Below are positions 43,146 to 57,515 of a stretch of 64,000 nucleotides of DNA, piece by piece. The first letter of the stretch is position 1; each line of letters opens with the position of its first letter. The translations under genes and the position numbers were made by a program. Origin of the DNA: the human T2T-CHM13v2.0 reference genome, Homo sapiens; the NCBI RefSeq assembly GCF_009914755.1, contig NC_060928.1. One strand, given 5' to 3'. Under the pieces are notes generated by a model that did no database searches, was not told the DNA's origin, and saw only the letters and a list, made by a program, of their open reading frames with translations.

Positions 43146-43451
43146 CTATGTCCCAGGCATCATGGATACCAAGTACCAGGACAAAGTCATCATTCCCTTA
43201 AAGCTTATAATCTAGTGAAAGCAGAAAAAATTAAAATATTATAACACAGTGTGACATTTTGTTGAATATTACGTTAGTGCAGGTGCAGGTACAATGGGAA
43301 CACCAAACTGAAGGCCTAATCTGATCCAGACCTGGGAAGATTTCCCTCAGCAAGCATTGTGTAATTTGAGATAAGCGGAACATATGGACTGTTAGATATA
43401 TACTCTGTAAAACTCTCAATGGTTAGCCTTTAGATAGATATATGTATAGAT

Positions 43452-43647
43452 TAGGGTGAGCAAACCCATGGGCCAAATCTGGTCTTCCAGTTTTTTGTAA
43501 ACAAAGTTTTACTGAATACAGCTTTGGTCATGAAATTACATATTACTACTTTGTCAACACAGTGGCTGAGCTTAGTGTCTATATGACATACAAAACAGAA
43601 AATATTTGTTATCTGGCCCTTTATAGAAAAAAATTGCCAACTCTTGA
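43452..43647. mobile_element. MER58A-like hAT DNA transposon (MITE)
   Basis: TAGGGTGAGCAAAC...GGCCAAATCTGG...TATCTGGCCCTTTATAGAAAA...TTGCCAACTCTTG with TIR-like ends. Confidence 0.7.
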
Positions 43648-46600
43648 TATAAATAATTTACTTGTTGCATGTATAAATTATTATAATTAATGTTTTCAAG
43701 GAATATTTGTAAATATTTGTCATTAAATTATTATATTTAAAGTATTTTTAAATTAGTTTATCAAATGAATTTTTTTTTAATTTAAAAAACATGGAAACAC
43801 TGAGTGAGCTTTTTATAAGGCAATTATCAACTAGTGCTTATTAGCTGTGGCCCCCTTAAGATGGGATGAGCTCTCCAGGTCATCACTGCCCCGCCAGTCC
43901 TTGTTTTTCCTATATGTGACTCTGTCACTCATTTATATTATTTTTCTGGACCCTCTAGGATTTGAGTTTTGACCCAATGAAAGTGAATCCAAGATGAAGT
44001 CTGTCTTTCTAAGCAAATGCCAGGAAAGATAATCAATGGAAGTTCAAAGATGAAAATACAGGCTGTTGTCAGAGGATCTGGTATATGCAAATTATTCTTT
44101 TTGTATATTCTAACAAAAACTTTTAAAAATTTAAAAATTTTAAAATATTATCATTTTTATTATCTGTTTCAGAGAATTATAGGGACTGAAATGGGAGGCT
44201 TTTATCTAAGAACAAAGGAAACTCAAAAGTTTCCCAGGAAAGATAAAGAGATAGATATTTTATTTGTTCTCGAACTTCCACAGAGGCAGAAAAATATTGC
44301 CTCCATGAAAGAACAATGTAGGAAGTTAGCGAGAACACATCTAAATTAAGTTCCACTCTAATAAAGATGATAGTTCCCATGACCAATACTGTCTTTGTAA
44401 TTTTACCATTGTCTGTTACATTGTCTCCTCTATGTTTCCTTCTAGTTGTTTCAGAGAATAAAGAGTTAAGGAAGGGACAAAAAAAATCACATTCCATTCT
44501 GTAGTGGACTAGAGGAAAAGTGTCCAGCTGGGAGAAGAATGGCTGCAGAGAACGAAGCAGAAAGATGAGCTGAGAGAGTAAGTGGGGTGTTAGAAGTCAA
44601 CATGGGATAACAAAACCATCTGGGGTTTGGATCACTACAGGAGGCTCTACATTGCATTGTGCATGAACAACAACAAGAGTAAATTTTGCTGACTCTGAGC
44701 TTGAGGTAAGCTCCTTAAAGTCTCTGTGGAGAAAGAGAGGCCCCAGAGTGTGGGCTGGAGATTAACTGATCCCAGATGCAAAGAAAATTAGAAAAGCATA
44801 GGACATTGTGCATTTCTTTGATAAGCTGAATGTTTGGCATTTAAATTGTATCATCTGAGATGTTGCAGAAGATATGATTCCTTTATCAAATCAAATACAA
44901 GTAAATGGATATCCCTAAAATTGTAACTTAAAGTAATGCGCTAAGACACAAGTATCCAGAGTTCGCTTGAGCCTAGAAACCTAAGATAATGTTCTTTTGG
45001 AAAATGTAAATAACAGCTAATTGGGGAGATAAAGAAAGGAATTGTAAGAGTCAAGTCATATTTTTAAATCTGTGAATAGGCTAATGTGTAATTTTTTTAG
45101 AACTGCTTTATTCCCTATGTCGAGATAAGAGTGTTAATGCAGATTCACGTGAGAGATTTCCAAGATTTAGTTACTTTTACTTTATTAAGAAGTATTAAGA
45201 TGTTCCATGATTCTTGCTGATTTTGTGCCTTGTTTCCTTATCCTTTTATTTCGTCTTCTCATCTTTTACTTTTTTGTATTTTTTCACCTCTTAGTGTAAG
45301 AAAGTAGACAGGATATGGAATAATTTGGCAAATTAGTTGACAGAGCAGGAGGTGCGTGGAAAAACCAAACCAAACCTAGTCTGGTTATTTCCTCTTCACT
45401 TTATCTTTTATATTAAGTTGAACTTTATGAAACTACTGATGCTTTAATGGTTTTGACCTATTAAAAAAAACAAATTCATTTGGTTCAACCTACTCAAAAA
45501 TGCACCATGTCATTCCTCTTCCCAAGACAATTTCAGTTACTTCCTGTGGCTACCAATTAAAATCCAGACTCCTTAGCCTAGCTGTTCAAGAGGACTCATC
45601 AACAGGGCACAGTACTTTTCTACCACAATTCTCTAATCCAGTTAAGTTGGCCCCACTTGAAATCCACTTCCTTTAGAAGGCTTCACAGCTTAATGCAGTA
45701 ACTGATTCTTTCCTTCCCCACACTCCTAGCATTGTGTATACACGTATGCTGTAGTATACAATGCACAATTAATCATGTGCTTATCTTTTGGTCTTGCAGT
45801 ACTCTGGAACATGCTATCTCAAATGCTTCTACTTTAATCACAAATTAAAATACAAACTGCTTATGGACAGAGCCATATCTATAAGCATTTAAAAAAAATC
45901 TCTCTCCATCTATTCTAATATCTTACAGCACAATTGGAATTTAATTATTTTTGGCTTTTTTGTCAATTTATTTTTGTTGCAGTTGATTAATCAAGATTTA
46001 GAGAACCCTGCCCAAATTGATATATTCTGGGGAATTTGAAAAATATAAAGCTATTATGTGGGCAGCTTCTTTTGCTAATTTATGCCTTTTTTATATACTT
46101 TAAGAAAAGATTATTTAAAGTCCCTATACTTTGTTAGAATCCAGATTCCAAACTTCAAATTTAGTTGTTTTTGTTCAATGATCTTAAGTTCAAGGGAATT
46201 GTGGTCAAGTGTGAGAAGTGCATTTGTACTTGTGAGAGCATCTCAGCCTACCATGGAAAGAATCCTTTCACATAAATTATGCAAACTGTCTAAAAGAAGA
46301 AAATTAAACCACACCTCATACAAACACTGAGCTCAAGGAAAAGAGGCTCTGTGGGGGAAAGGTAATTTTAGGCAACCCACTGAATAACTTTTCTGTGTGT
46401 GACAGTGGGACGGATGCACAGGGTACAGGGGCTGCCATGTGGTAGGTAGGGACTGCTGCAGAGCTGGCAGAGGCCCCAGGGTGTGACTGGCAGGGGCTGT
46501 CTTGCAGCAGCTGGGAGCAACAGCAGGTGGCCATGGTGAGCGTATGGCTGGCAGGAAGATGGCCATACAGCTGGCAGGGGAAACTGTGAAGCAGTAACCT

Positions 46601-48741
46601 GGCTGGGGCTGCTGTCAGCAATCCCAACCAGGTACCGACCCTGCTTAGAGCTCTGTGAGAAACAAGGGTTGATATCACCTGATTCTAAAAATAGTCAGCA
46701 AGGCCACATGAATTGGCAAAACAGAATATTTCATGTATGTGTTGAATGACCTTCTTTGCCATGAGTACCTATTACTGGTTATTTTCATGGCATCTTGATT
46801 TTTTCCTTTGAAAAAAAATACCAGGAAACTACAACCATTAGCAGCCTAAGGACAATTTTCACCGATAGAGACCCTTGAATCTATCCCTGTAAATGCCTAA
46901 TTAAATGTTACGTATCAACCAGTAATAAGCCAGGGAAGCATCTGGCTCTTTTAACAAAGGTTTAGGATGGCAATGCTCAAAGGTAACTTTCATTTTTATA
47001 GAAACAAGGTTGTAATCTAATAATAAAGAAAGGTCACCTTTGCTGGAAATTCACATTTGTGCTTTGCAATTGTTTTAATCCAAAGTATATCCAAATGAAA
47101 GAACATTAGGGCAGCCAAGGTTAGCATTGGGCTGCTCTGGTACACACAAACACACACACACATCCCTTCTGAATGTACCCAGTGATTTGCAAAATGTTAT
47201 GTGAAGAACAGTACAATCTAATAGCCGAATAAAGAGCTGAGCAAAAAGCACAGTTAGAGAATGCTTTGCCTTTATTGTGCTTGATACTGTCCACAAAAAT
47301 TTCCTTTTAAAACATTCATTTTTAGCAATAGGGTGTGGATTAGGAACCCTCGTGTTGGTGGTGAAGGGAACCATAGCACAATCCAGAGTTTAAGAACATG
47401 AAACTATTACTCTGAAGAATAACAGCAGCACTATTTTTAAAAGAATTATTTTTCTCTTTATGTCTTCATTTTTCACCATTTTCTCTAGTTTTTTTTTTTA
47501 ATGTATTTGATGTCACCTTAACACTATCACTAAAATTTTAAGCGAGCTCTTCATGATAATAACACTCAGCCCCATTTCAAACAGCAAGTAACTCCTAATA
47601 TAGTTTTTTTGTGAGAAGCAAAGTTTTGGGTGTGTGAATATGATGAGCAGGGATTTGGGTACATTTTGCAAAAGAGGGCATCTTTCTCATTTCTGGCTCT
47701 GCTGGCAATTGAAGTCACTTTACCTGCTTTGTGTTTTAATTTATTCCCCAAGAGAATGAAGGATATTCTAACATAATATTCCTCTACTATATTCTTAGGA
47801 CTGATAATATGTAAAACTAGAACTTTCAAATTATCATGGGCTCCTTTAAACTAGCTTTATAAAATTAAATAGCCCATTTTTCTAATACTTTTTATACCAC
47901 TCAGTAAATAATATATAGCTATAAGATTTTCCTGCTTTAAACTTAATCTACCATTTTTATTACTGTGTCAGTTATAGACCTGAATATATAAATATGCTTA
48001 TTTTAGTTTAAAATAACAATTATTTGGTTGCATTCATGCTAGAAGAATATTGAAAAAATGTGGAGACAATTGCCAGATGTTTACTGCTAATTGCAATTTT
48101 TGTTAAAGCAATGTTATTTTATTTAATGTCTTAGGAAGTCCTAAGCAATGCTCACCGCTGAATGATGCGTTGCAATATCTACAAGTTCCCCCCCACGCGC
48201 CACCCCTTCTAACTGTAAGAATAGCAGCTTTCTAACATTACTACTTTGGAGAAAAAAAAATGCCTCTTAAAACTATGTTGTATTTATAAAATGGTTCTTT
48301 ATAAAATCTTTTCAGAGAAATAGCTTTGAAAAATTAAATGAACTGGATTTTGATTATTTCATGGGTCTCTTTTTGTGTACAAGATATGCAAAACTGTTCC
48401 TGTGAGAACTCAGGATCAGGATGACAAAGGGCCTTCAAAAGAGTAAATAGCATTAAAGTTGATGACTTGGAGTCAGGGAATCCTGAACTGGAAACCCAAC
48501 TCTTCTTACTCTCTGTGCACCTCTGAGAATTCTTAACCTCACCTACACAATTATCACTGACAAAATGGAGCGGATAATAGAAGCCTCATTACAGGGATAT
48601 TGTGACAGTTCAATGATGTAATTAATGGAAGGACTTAGCCTAAAAGCTCACAAACAGTGACACAAGAAAAGAACTGGGCAGCAGTGCTAGGAACCACATC
48701 CTTTTCTTCTAAGCCTATGGCTCGTTCCCACATTACAGTAC

Positions 48742-48840
48742 CTGGCTTTTATCTTTAGGAATTCCAGTTTCACTTTTCTCAGCTGATGTAGGCTGCTCAT
48801 TAGTATTTCTGGAAATAATAGTTTCAATGGAGGCAATTCC
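48742..48840 (-). pseudogene. 99-nt exon of EFCAB14-like pseudogene
   Basis: Very strong acceptor ttgtttgctttctttcattttgtttctcag|, donor CCAG|gtactg. Open phase-0 frame [33 protein letters not shown]; [10 protein letters not shown] resembles recalled EFCAB14 SVASIGNTLN. Confidence 0.65.
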
Positions 48841-48964
48841 CTGAGAAACAAAATGAAAGAAAGCAAACAAATCAACAATCGCAATATATATAACAAATCT
48901 ATGGAAAAAAATAAAGCTGTAACAAATAGTCTGCTTTGTTTTTCAGGAAATTTGCACCAAAATG

Positions 48965-49239
48965 ATTTTTTTTCCCTGTTGCCCAGGCTGGAGCGCAGTG
49001 ATATGATCTTGGCTCACTGCAACCTCCGCCTTGGGTTCAAGCGATTCTCCTGCCTCAGCCTCCCGAGTAGCTGGGATTACAGGCATGTACCACCACACCT
49101 GGCTAATTTTTTTGTATTTAGTAGAGACGGGGTTTCACCATGTTGGCCAGGCTAGTCTCGAACTCCTGACCTCAGGTGATCTGCCCACCTCGGCCTTCCA
49201 AAGTGCTGGGATTACAGGTGTGAGCCAATGCACTTAGCC
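48965..49239 (-). mobile_element. Alu (AluS)
   Basis: Reverse Alu sequence. Confidence 0.9.
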
Positions 49240-50667
49240 ATAATTTTTCTTAAATGTACTTTTCAGCTTCTTTTATAATTCCTATGGAGGACTAAAGATG
49301 ACTTAGGCTATACTATAAAATGTAAATAGACTTTCCTGAGTCAAATTACAAATTCTTACTGATTTCTTGCATTGTGATTAAGAAGAAATCTATTGAGTTC
49401 CTGCCACACCCTGGCTCTGATATTGTGTGCTGGGGATTAAGTGGTCAGCAGGACGGGACTTCTCTGCTGTCCTGCAGCTTGCAGTGAAGTGGTGGAGTCA
49501 GAGATGAATTGTGTAATCATGAGTCTGAAAAGTATGGGGAAGGGGAAAGACTAGATGATTTGGGGATGTAGCAAGGGAATTTACTCTAACTTAGCTTGGT
49601 CATATATTCTCTCTGGAGTAGGTAATATATGATTTCAACCCTAATAAAGAGACAAACTGCCTCAGAGACAGGTAGCTTTCTTCACTAGTAAAATAATTTT
49701 ATTGAGCCTTTATCATAAAGAATTACTTTTAAAAAATTCACTGCTGTTATTGACAGATAATATTGGATTTTTTTTCTTTGCTATGCAGAATTGAATAATA
49801 ACTGGTTTGATAACCAATTGTTATTGGCTAATAATGTGGTAGGTGCTTTACAGGATTTTAACACAAATTTGTGAAGTATTATTTTCATTTTGTAGATAGT
49901 GGAAACATGGTAGACATAGAATTAAAGAACGTTTCTAATGTCACACAGGTAGAAAGTGGTGGAGATGTGTTCCAGGTCTGGTACTCCCAACAATGAGAAG
50001 TCTGTAATCTCAGAACGATAGCACCCAGTCAGAGCAAGGGAATTTATTAGCAGGAGGCTATCATTTCCATTGTTCTATTCTTTAAAATAAATCTTCATGA
50101 TGAATATAATAAAGATTAAATGGAATAAAAAATTTTAGGCTTTCAGATGAAAACAATGCTTGAGCTGGTTACTGAATGAGAAGATGAGAATGTGGACTCC
50201 ACAAGGGCAAGGACCTTTGCTTGATTTATTCACTGGTGAACCTAAGTGCTTAGAACACTGCCTTCTGCTGAAAATTATTTGTTGAATTAACAAAATGACA
50301 AATGATAAAAATTAACCCAAAATGAAAGAATCATTTATCATTGTGAGGAGAAAAGATGCAGCACTTTTTTGTATTTGAAGTTTTGTTAACTTCTCTCAAA
50401 ATTTTTTGAATCATGTGAGACATAGTATCAGACCAATTTAATTGGTAAAATTACAGATTTAGAAATTATATAAAGCCTTGATAAAGGATTTTGATTTATC
50501 ACTCTCCTGCTAAAGAAAATGGGAAGAAAAGAAATTGCTTGATATGTAATGGGATAGGTTTACTTTTTAAGGGAAAATATGAAGATGGAGTAGAAAGTTG
50601 TGTCTACGAGTGGAAGAAATGACAATAATTTTAGGGATCAAGACACAGTTTTATAGGAATGCCTCTT

Positions 50668-50682
50668 CACACACACACACAC

Positions 50683-50715
<33 letters not shown>

Positions 50716-50914
50716 TGTATATATATATATATATATTAATATCTCTTTCCTGCACGAAAAATGTGAGGACCTGGGGAAGTTGCAGGAGCAATGAAGCAAT
50801 CAGAACAATATACTTATCATGGAAAACTAATTAGAAACATACAAATAGTCCTGCTAAAGTGAAACATTACCATATATATAATATATACCATATATTTTAT
50901 ATATACATATATAT

Positions 50915-50955
<41 letters not shown>
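50668..50955. repeat. (CA)n/(TA)n compound microsatellites
   Basis: Runs at 50668-50736 and 50872-50955. Confidence 0.9.
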
Positions 50956-50961
<6 letters not shown>

Positions 50962-51027
50962 TACCATGTCACACAGGTAGAAAGTGGTGGTATTAGTATA
51001 TATATTTATTTTACATGTACTATATAT

Positions 51028-51290
51028 TTTAAGACAGAGTGTCACTCCGTCACTCAGGCTGGAGTGCAGTGCAGTGGCATGGCCTCGACTCACAGCAACT
51101 TCCACCTCTTAGGCTCAAGCGATTCTCAGACCTCAGACTCCTGAGTAGCTGGGATTACACGCATGTGCCACCTTGCCCAGCTAATTTTTGTATTTTTAGT
51201 AGAGATGGGATTTTGTCATGTTGGCCAGGCTGGTCTCCAACTCCTAGCCTCAAGTGATTCACACACCTCGACCTCTCAAAGTGCTAGGAA
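51028..51290 (-). mobile_element. Alu (old, AluJ/S)
   Basis: Reverse Alu sequence. Confidence 0.88.
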
Positions 51291-51369
51291 TATTATCATA
51301 TTTTAAAGGAAATTATTAATTGCCATTAGAAAGCATGGTCCCAGATATTGCACCTATATTTATTTCATC

Positions 51370-52200
51370 ACGATTCATTCAATAAATTATTATTTGTGAC
51401 ACCTAACATGTGCCAAACACTGATTCAGTCCCTTGAAATAGATCACTGAACATAATGGACAAAGGTTCCTGATCTTATGGAACTCATATTCTTAAAGAGG
51501 GAAACAATATACAATTAAAAAATAAGAAAACTATATAGAATTTAAAATATGTGTTGTAGAAAAAAGAAAAAGGAGGGTGGGATAAGGCGTACTGGGAGAG
51601 GTGGTGGGCAGGCAGTTACAATTTAAGTAAATTGGTCAGGGTAGACCTTAATGAGAAGATGATATTTAAGAAGAGGAAGAAGAAGAAAAACAAACACAGT
51701 GAGGAAGTTAGACATGCAAATATCTGGGAAGAGCATTCCAAGCAGTGGGAACAGATGGTGGGAGGTTCTTAACGCAGGAGCATGCCTGAAATGTTTGAGA
51801 AAGAGCAAGAGGCTGCAAGAGCAAGAGAGAGAACAGGGGGAGGTGAGGTTTGAGAGGAAGGACAGCCAGGTCATGACTGTGGCATTGTAAGGCCCCAGGC
51901 ATTTATTGGGTGCAACCTAGGGAGACATTTGAAAGTCTTGTACAGAGTGATGGCATGAGCTGACCTATATTTTTAAAGGATTACTTTGTAGGGGTTCAGT
52001 AGTGAAAAAGAGAGAACTAGTGAGGAGACTTGGAGCTTTTAAGGCAAGAGGGGATGGTGGACAAGGGTGGTTGTGGTAGACATGGTGAGAAATGATCAGG
52101 ATATGGGCATATTTTAATTTACTGATAAATTGGTTGTGAGAATTAACAGAAAGAGAAATTACTTTCAAAGAACTGATTTTAAGCTTCTGACATTAAATTA
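51370..52200. mobile_element. LINE-2 3' region
   Basis: ATTCATTCAATAAAT...CTGGGAAGAGCATTCCAAGCAG...GCAGGAGCATGCCTG L2 motifs. Confidence 0.75.
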
Positions 52201-52239
52201 AATTTTGGTGAGCATGAAATGTAAAACCAGCATGAACTC

Positions 52240-52586
52240 TGCTGTGGTTTTAATGTGTCCCCCCCAAAAGCATGTATTGGAAACTTAATCTGCAATGCAG
52301 CAGTGTTGAGAGGTGGGGCCCGTTGGGAGGTGTTTAGGTCAGGAGGGGTCCACTCTCATGAACAGATTAATGCTGATTCGAAAAAGGCTCGAGTCTGGGA
52401 GTTTAAGCTCTTTGTCTCTCTTACCCTGTTTTTGCTCTTCTGCCATGGCCTTTGTCAAATGCTGGCCCTTCAATCTGGAGATTTGACTTCCCAACCTCCA
52501 GATCCATAAGCCAATAAATTTATGTTCATTATAAATTACCCAGTCTCAGGTATTCTGTTATAGCAGAACAAAATGGATTAGGACAA
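52240..52586. mobile_element. MST/MLT1A-like MaLR solo LTR
   Basis: TGCTGTGGTTTTAATGTGTCCCCCCAAAAG...ATAAATTACCCAGTCTCAGGTATTCTGTTATAGCAG. Confidence 0.8.
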
Positions 52587-53437
52587 CCACCTCACTTTAT
52601 TGAGGAATTTTAATTTTAATGGAAATATTTTAAATAGTTTAATTATCTTGGATCATTGATTTCACCAGTGATTTTTTTAAAAACATTTTAATTGTATAAG
52701 GATAAATAGAGTATGCCTAGGATTTAAATCCTGGAGGTAGATTTGTATCAACTTTGGAATACGTTTTAAAAAGCATTAGATGTCAGATATTCATCCAGAA
52801 CAATTGGCTGAGACTCTCTGAAGGTGGTGCCTGGATGCTAATATGTTTTAGTTGAAAAGTTCCCCTGGTGATTCTAATATGTAGCAGATTAGAAAGCTTG
52901 AAATATTGCTCATTTGTACTAAGTCAGGAGAAGAATTGCCCCCTGAAGGGGAAGAAGTCTGTAACTTGATCTTGGTATTCCAATAACATAAGTTTAATTT
53001 TTTCTGAATAATTTAAAGGCAAAGATTCAAGCACCCAAAATATTTTCTTTTCCACTTAGCTCTCATGCCCAGTAAGGGTAGCCATTTATAATAGCTTTTT
53101 AGCTAGAACTCCTAGAAATTAGTGCTTGCTCTCAGGAGATATACATATTAATTCTGAAAGTGATATTGATGCCAAGCCTAGCGTGAGGAAGGAAGCCATG
53201 TTAATCACATGGGTTTCAGCTCCATTAGAAACACCAGAGAGGGAGAGAAATTCCTTTTTGCCAAATGGAAAATGTCAAAAAATCAGCAGGGTAAAAAAGA
53301 ATTGGATTTTCATGCTTCTAAGAAGGAGGAAAATATAAGCAAAATAGAGACTAAAAAAATGCAAGTTAATTCTCCTAAAGAAGTTAATTTGGTACATGTC
53401 CATCATTAATTCAAGGATATTACCCTTTTAAAATTAC

Positions 53438-53640
53438 CATTTCTTTAAAATAAAAATGTCTTCTTCTGCTTCAAGCTTCTTCCAAATCATGTCGTCTCTC
53501 TACCTGCTGTTCCAAAATACTGGTCTAGGCTTGGTAAACCATGAATCTGTCCTTACCTGCTGGTTTAAGTCTTTGAATTGAGAGTCCTTCTGCTGTTATT
53601 CTTTCTACATCCGTCTGCTCACTGGCAATGTTAAAAGATG
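53438..53640 (-). pseudogene. 203-nt degenerate exon of EFCAB14-like pseudogene
   Basis: Acceptor gtatttttcctttaacag|, donor AATG|gtaatt; 203 = 3n+2 (phase 1>0). Encodes SFNIASEQTDVERITAEGLSIQRLKPAGKDRFMVYQA*TSILEQQVERRHDLEEA*SRRRHFYFKEM, stops at 53525-53527 and 53471-53473. An internal donor CAG|gtaagg lies at 53556. Confidence 0.5.
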
Positions 53641-54236
53641 CTGTTAAAGGAAAAATACAGACAATAAGATCATTTTTGAAATATTTTTTGGAGCAGAATG
53701 CATTTTCCTTACTAAATTATATACGATACAGTCTTTGAAACCACACCTATTATATAAACAAGTTAAATCTTTAGTATGAACAGTCTTATTAAGGCTTGAC
53801 AATCCAAATTTACACTGAGAAGTATAACTTCATAATAACGAAGACAAGGAAATCTAATCATATGAAATAAATGTTTGCTAGCAAAGTGGGTTATATGAGA
53901 ACTGTTGTACAAAGAACCACAATGTATTACTATCCTTGAGGGAAAAAAATCAGGATAAACTTATACATATCCATAACATAAATATATAATACAATGACAT
54001 ATACAATATACATATACAATGTGATATATACACATTGACTTAGCTGAAAACTTTAATCATAGGAGAATATCATATGGCATTTGACTCTGATACATACGGG
54101 ATATTGGAGAATACAACCAATAACACATGTGCTGAACAATATAACCCTCTCAGCAACTGAGATTTCCCAGGTATTCTAGAACCCTCCTTTCACTGTATTC
54201 CTGAGCACCCAATAAATCACTTTTCTGCTTCCCTTA

Positions 54237-54576
<340 letters not shown>

Positions 54577-57515
54577 TTATAGAAAGTGAATAAAATTGCA
54601 ACATATAACATCAGGCTATGTTATCTAATAATACTCCATATAATACTATATTTAGCATAAAATTATCCGTAAGTGGAAAGCTCATCATATTTGAGGTATT
54701 AGGCTTCATTATACATATAGATCTGGAGGCAATAATTCATTTAACTTAAAACAAATTGTGCACTTGTGGTTTCAGCCAGCTTTGAATCCTACTTTGGCCA
54801 CTTAACCTCCCTGTGCCTCAGTTTTACTACTTGTTAGATTGGGATAATAGTAGTACTTATTTAGAAGATTGGTGGGAGGAATAATTGATTTAATATATGT
54901 AGAATACTTAGAATAATGTCTGGCATAGAGTAAGTGCCTTATAGCTATAGGCTATTACAATGTATTTGCTATTATCAAAATTATTAGTTTGGTATTATGT
55001 AACATGATTCCCCAAAAGACCAGTTTTGACATTTCATAACAAAAGGGAAAAGAGTTAATTTAATTATTTAAAAGCTTTGCTTGTAGATAATATTGCATTA
55101 CTTCTCCCACCCCTTGCTTAAGATCTAAAGAAATTAAGATACCACAGTAAGAAAGGAACATTAAATTAATAAACATATATACAGAATGTTCCATGGGTTT
55201 AAAATACAAGCTTGCTCCAAACTGCATATCTGGAAAATACCTATCAAAATCATTCAGAGAATTTGGCTCTTGGAATGTGATTCATTATAGTTCATTGACA
55301 AATAGTGGATGGCATTGCTTGGTTAAAGAAGTACAAAGATTATTTGAAATGCATTGACGGAAGTGTTCATAGAATGAAATGCATAAATAAAAATGAGGAG
55401 TATTGTCAGTTTCTCATTTACTGCATAGAAGAGATTTAGCTTTGATGACATACCTGATAGTTTAGAAAGGTCCAGTTCATATTGAAATTCAAACTCTTTT
55501 AAAAATAATTTTAATTAAAATTCAAAGGAGTCTAGGGAATTATATCATTAACCTTTTCCTGCTAGAATTTAAGGGATCACTTTTTAGGTCAACGTGAATA
55601 ATGAGTTAGCTAGTCTCATCCAAATGTCCATTTATACAGCTCCCCAAGCCAAAAGCAGGATTATTAAATCATCAGCCATTTGGCAGTCTTTGACAAAAGA
55701 AAAGTGCCAAATGGGGGTTTTAGGTCATGACTGTCTTCCATTGACGATGCTGCACGACAAATTTAGTGAAGCATTTTCTTGATTTAATTCATTGCTATCT
55801 GTACCTGACTCATTCAAAAAATTCTAGAAATAGTTAAAGGCCTGCCAAAGAAAGGAGTGAAACAGGTACAAAGAAAAAGATTGGGAACACAAAAATATAT
55901 TCAAAAACATTTATCAGAGCTCTCTGTAATATGTTTGATTGCATCTGTGTTTGCACTTTGTGATTGAAAAATAGTTAAGGGAATAGTGGTAATCACTTGT
56001 CAGGTTATTGTGAAATTTCAAATTTGAAACAAACAAAAAAGGCAAAAGAAATTGAAAGAAGTGTGAGTGTTTGAGGAAGACTTCTTTATTGGGGTTGACA
56101 TATTCCTAGATAGCACATAGGAAGTAACCTGAATAAAAGGCAAGAGGGAAAACAAGATTATGAGGAAGATAAAGACTATCAAAATCAGTGAAACTATGCT
56201 GGTGACCAGAAAAACTGATGGAGAAGATAAAGGAGAGAAGTTTGAACCAATAGTGCTATAAAGGCAAGTAAGTTTCTTTCCACCTCAGCACAACTAAGAT
56301 ATTTAATAGGAAATGCAGTCTTTGTTTCTCTGAACTGTACAGAGAATTTTCAGTCATTAGCAGATTTGAGGAAATCTGTCCCTGGCCCCAAGAAAAGCTG
56401 AGGCAATTGATGTCTCGGGACTCAAGTCTTTTGTGGACGGGCTATTGTGAAAAGGGTGGGGTATAGTCTTCCCATATTCAATATTGTTATTGTGGCAGAG
56501 TATCTGATGGCATTTTTGAAATTATCATCTTCCTGTTGATGTATATTGGGACAAATGCCACTGCCAGAGTACAATCTCTGAGAAACTATGAACTTCCAAG
56601 TAGAAAACTGAAAAGGGCTCGAAGATACAGCTGATTTTATCTTTTTTATAAAATGGAAGATAATCATGTTTCAAAAGAAAGAAAATTGGGAGTAAACAAA
56701 TGGCTGCTGAGTAGAAGGACAGGGCATTTTTCTTTTACATGATTTAAGCATTAATAATGTGTCTCTTGATTTGGATTGAATTACTTGGAAAGGATAGAAA
56801 AAGTGACCCAGACACCTGACAATCTGATAGTAGGATTTTAACCTAAAAGTGGAGAGAGGAGAGAGAGAAAGAGAAACCCTTTAATTCAATGGAAAAAAAA
56901 AGGCCAGAATATGTAAATTATGAGAACTAAATTTTGTAGAGTACTTTTTATAGACTGCAACACTGTTAAGTATTATATTTTTTTTTATGTATTAGATTGT
57001 TTAATCATCTCTACTTACTTATTGGATAGGTTTTTTCCTCTTTTATTTTTTCTTTTTAAAAATATTCACATATACAGGAAGAAAGTGGGGTCTGAAGAAA
57101 TTAAGAAACATGATCAAGATCATACTGTTAGTAAAATCTTAAAGTCAGCAGTCTAACTCCCGAGCCCATGTACCTAAATACATGGATAGTACCTAAATAC
57201 TATTCTCTCTTTCTGATATAGATATGTCACAATAAGAGGAGCAATAATAAAGTATCAAGCAATTCAGGTAAAAAATGTTGAAAATATTAACAGACATCCA
57301 AATAAGGTGATCATATAATAAAATAAAGGTAAAATTTACTTAGAGTTAATAATTTCCAGCCAGATGGAGAAAATGAATATACACTTTAAGGAAAAAAATG
57401 AAAATGAAAGTGACCAAAAATACACAAGTTTCTACAGTTATGGGATTTTCCAGTTATGTGGATCCATTTAGAAGACAAATTATAGAAGGATAGTAGTTGA
57501 TCCCTTTATGACTGA

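Noticed and set aside
42126-43244. Dense cluster of ORFs in all frames
   Set aside because: GC-rich MER52 LTR with few stop codons.
56422-56667. 81-aa minus-strand ORF
   Set aside because: Lies in a region of ancient CR1/L3-like remnants; no splice or homology support.
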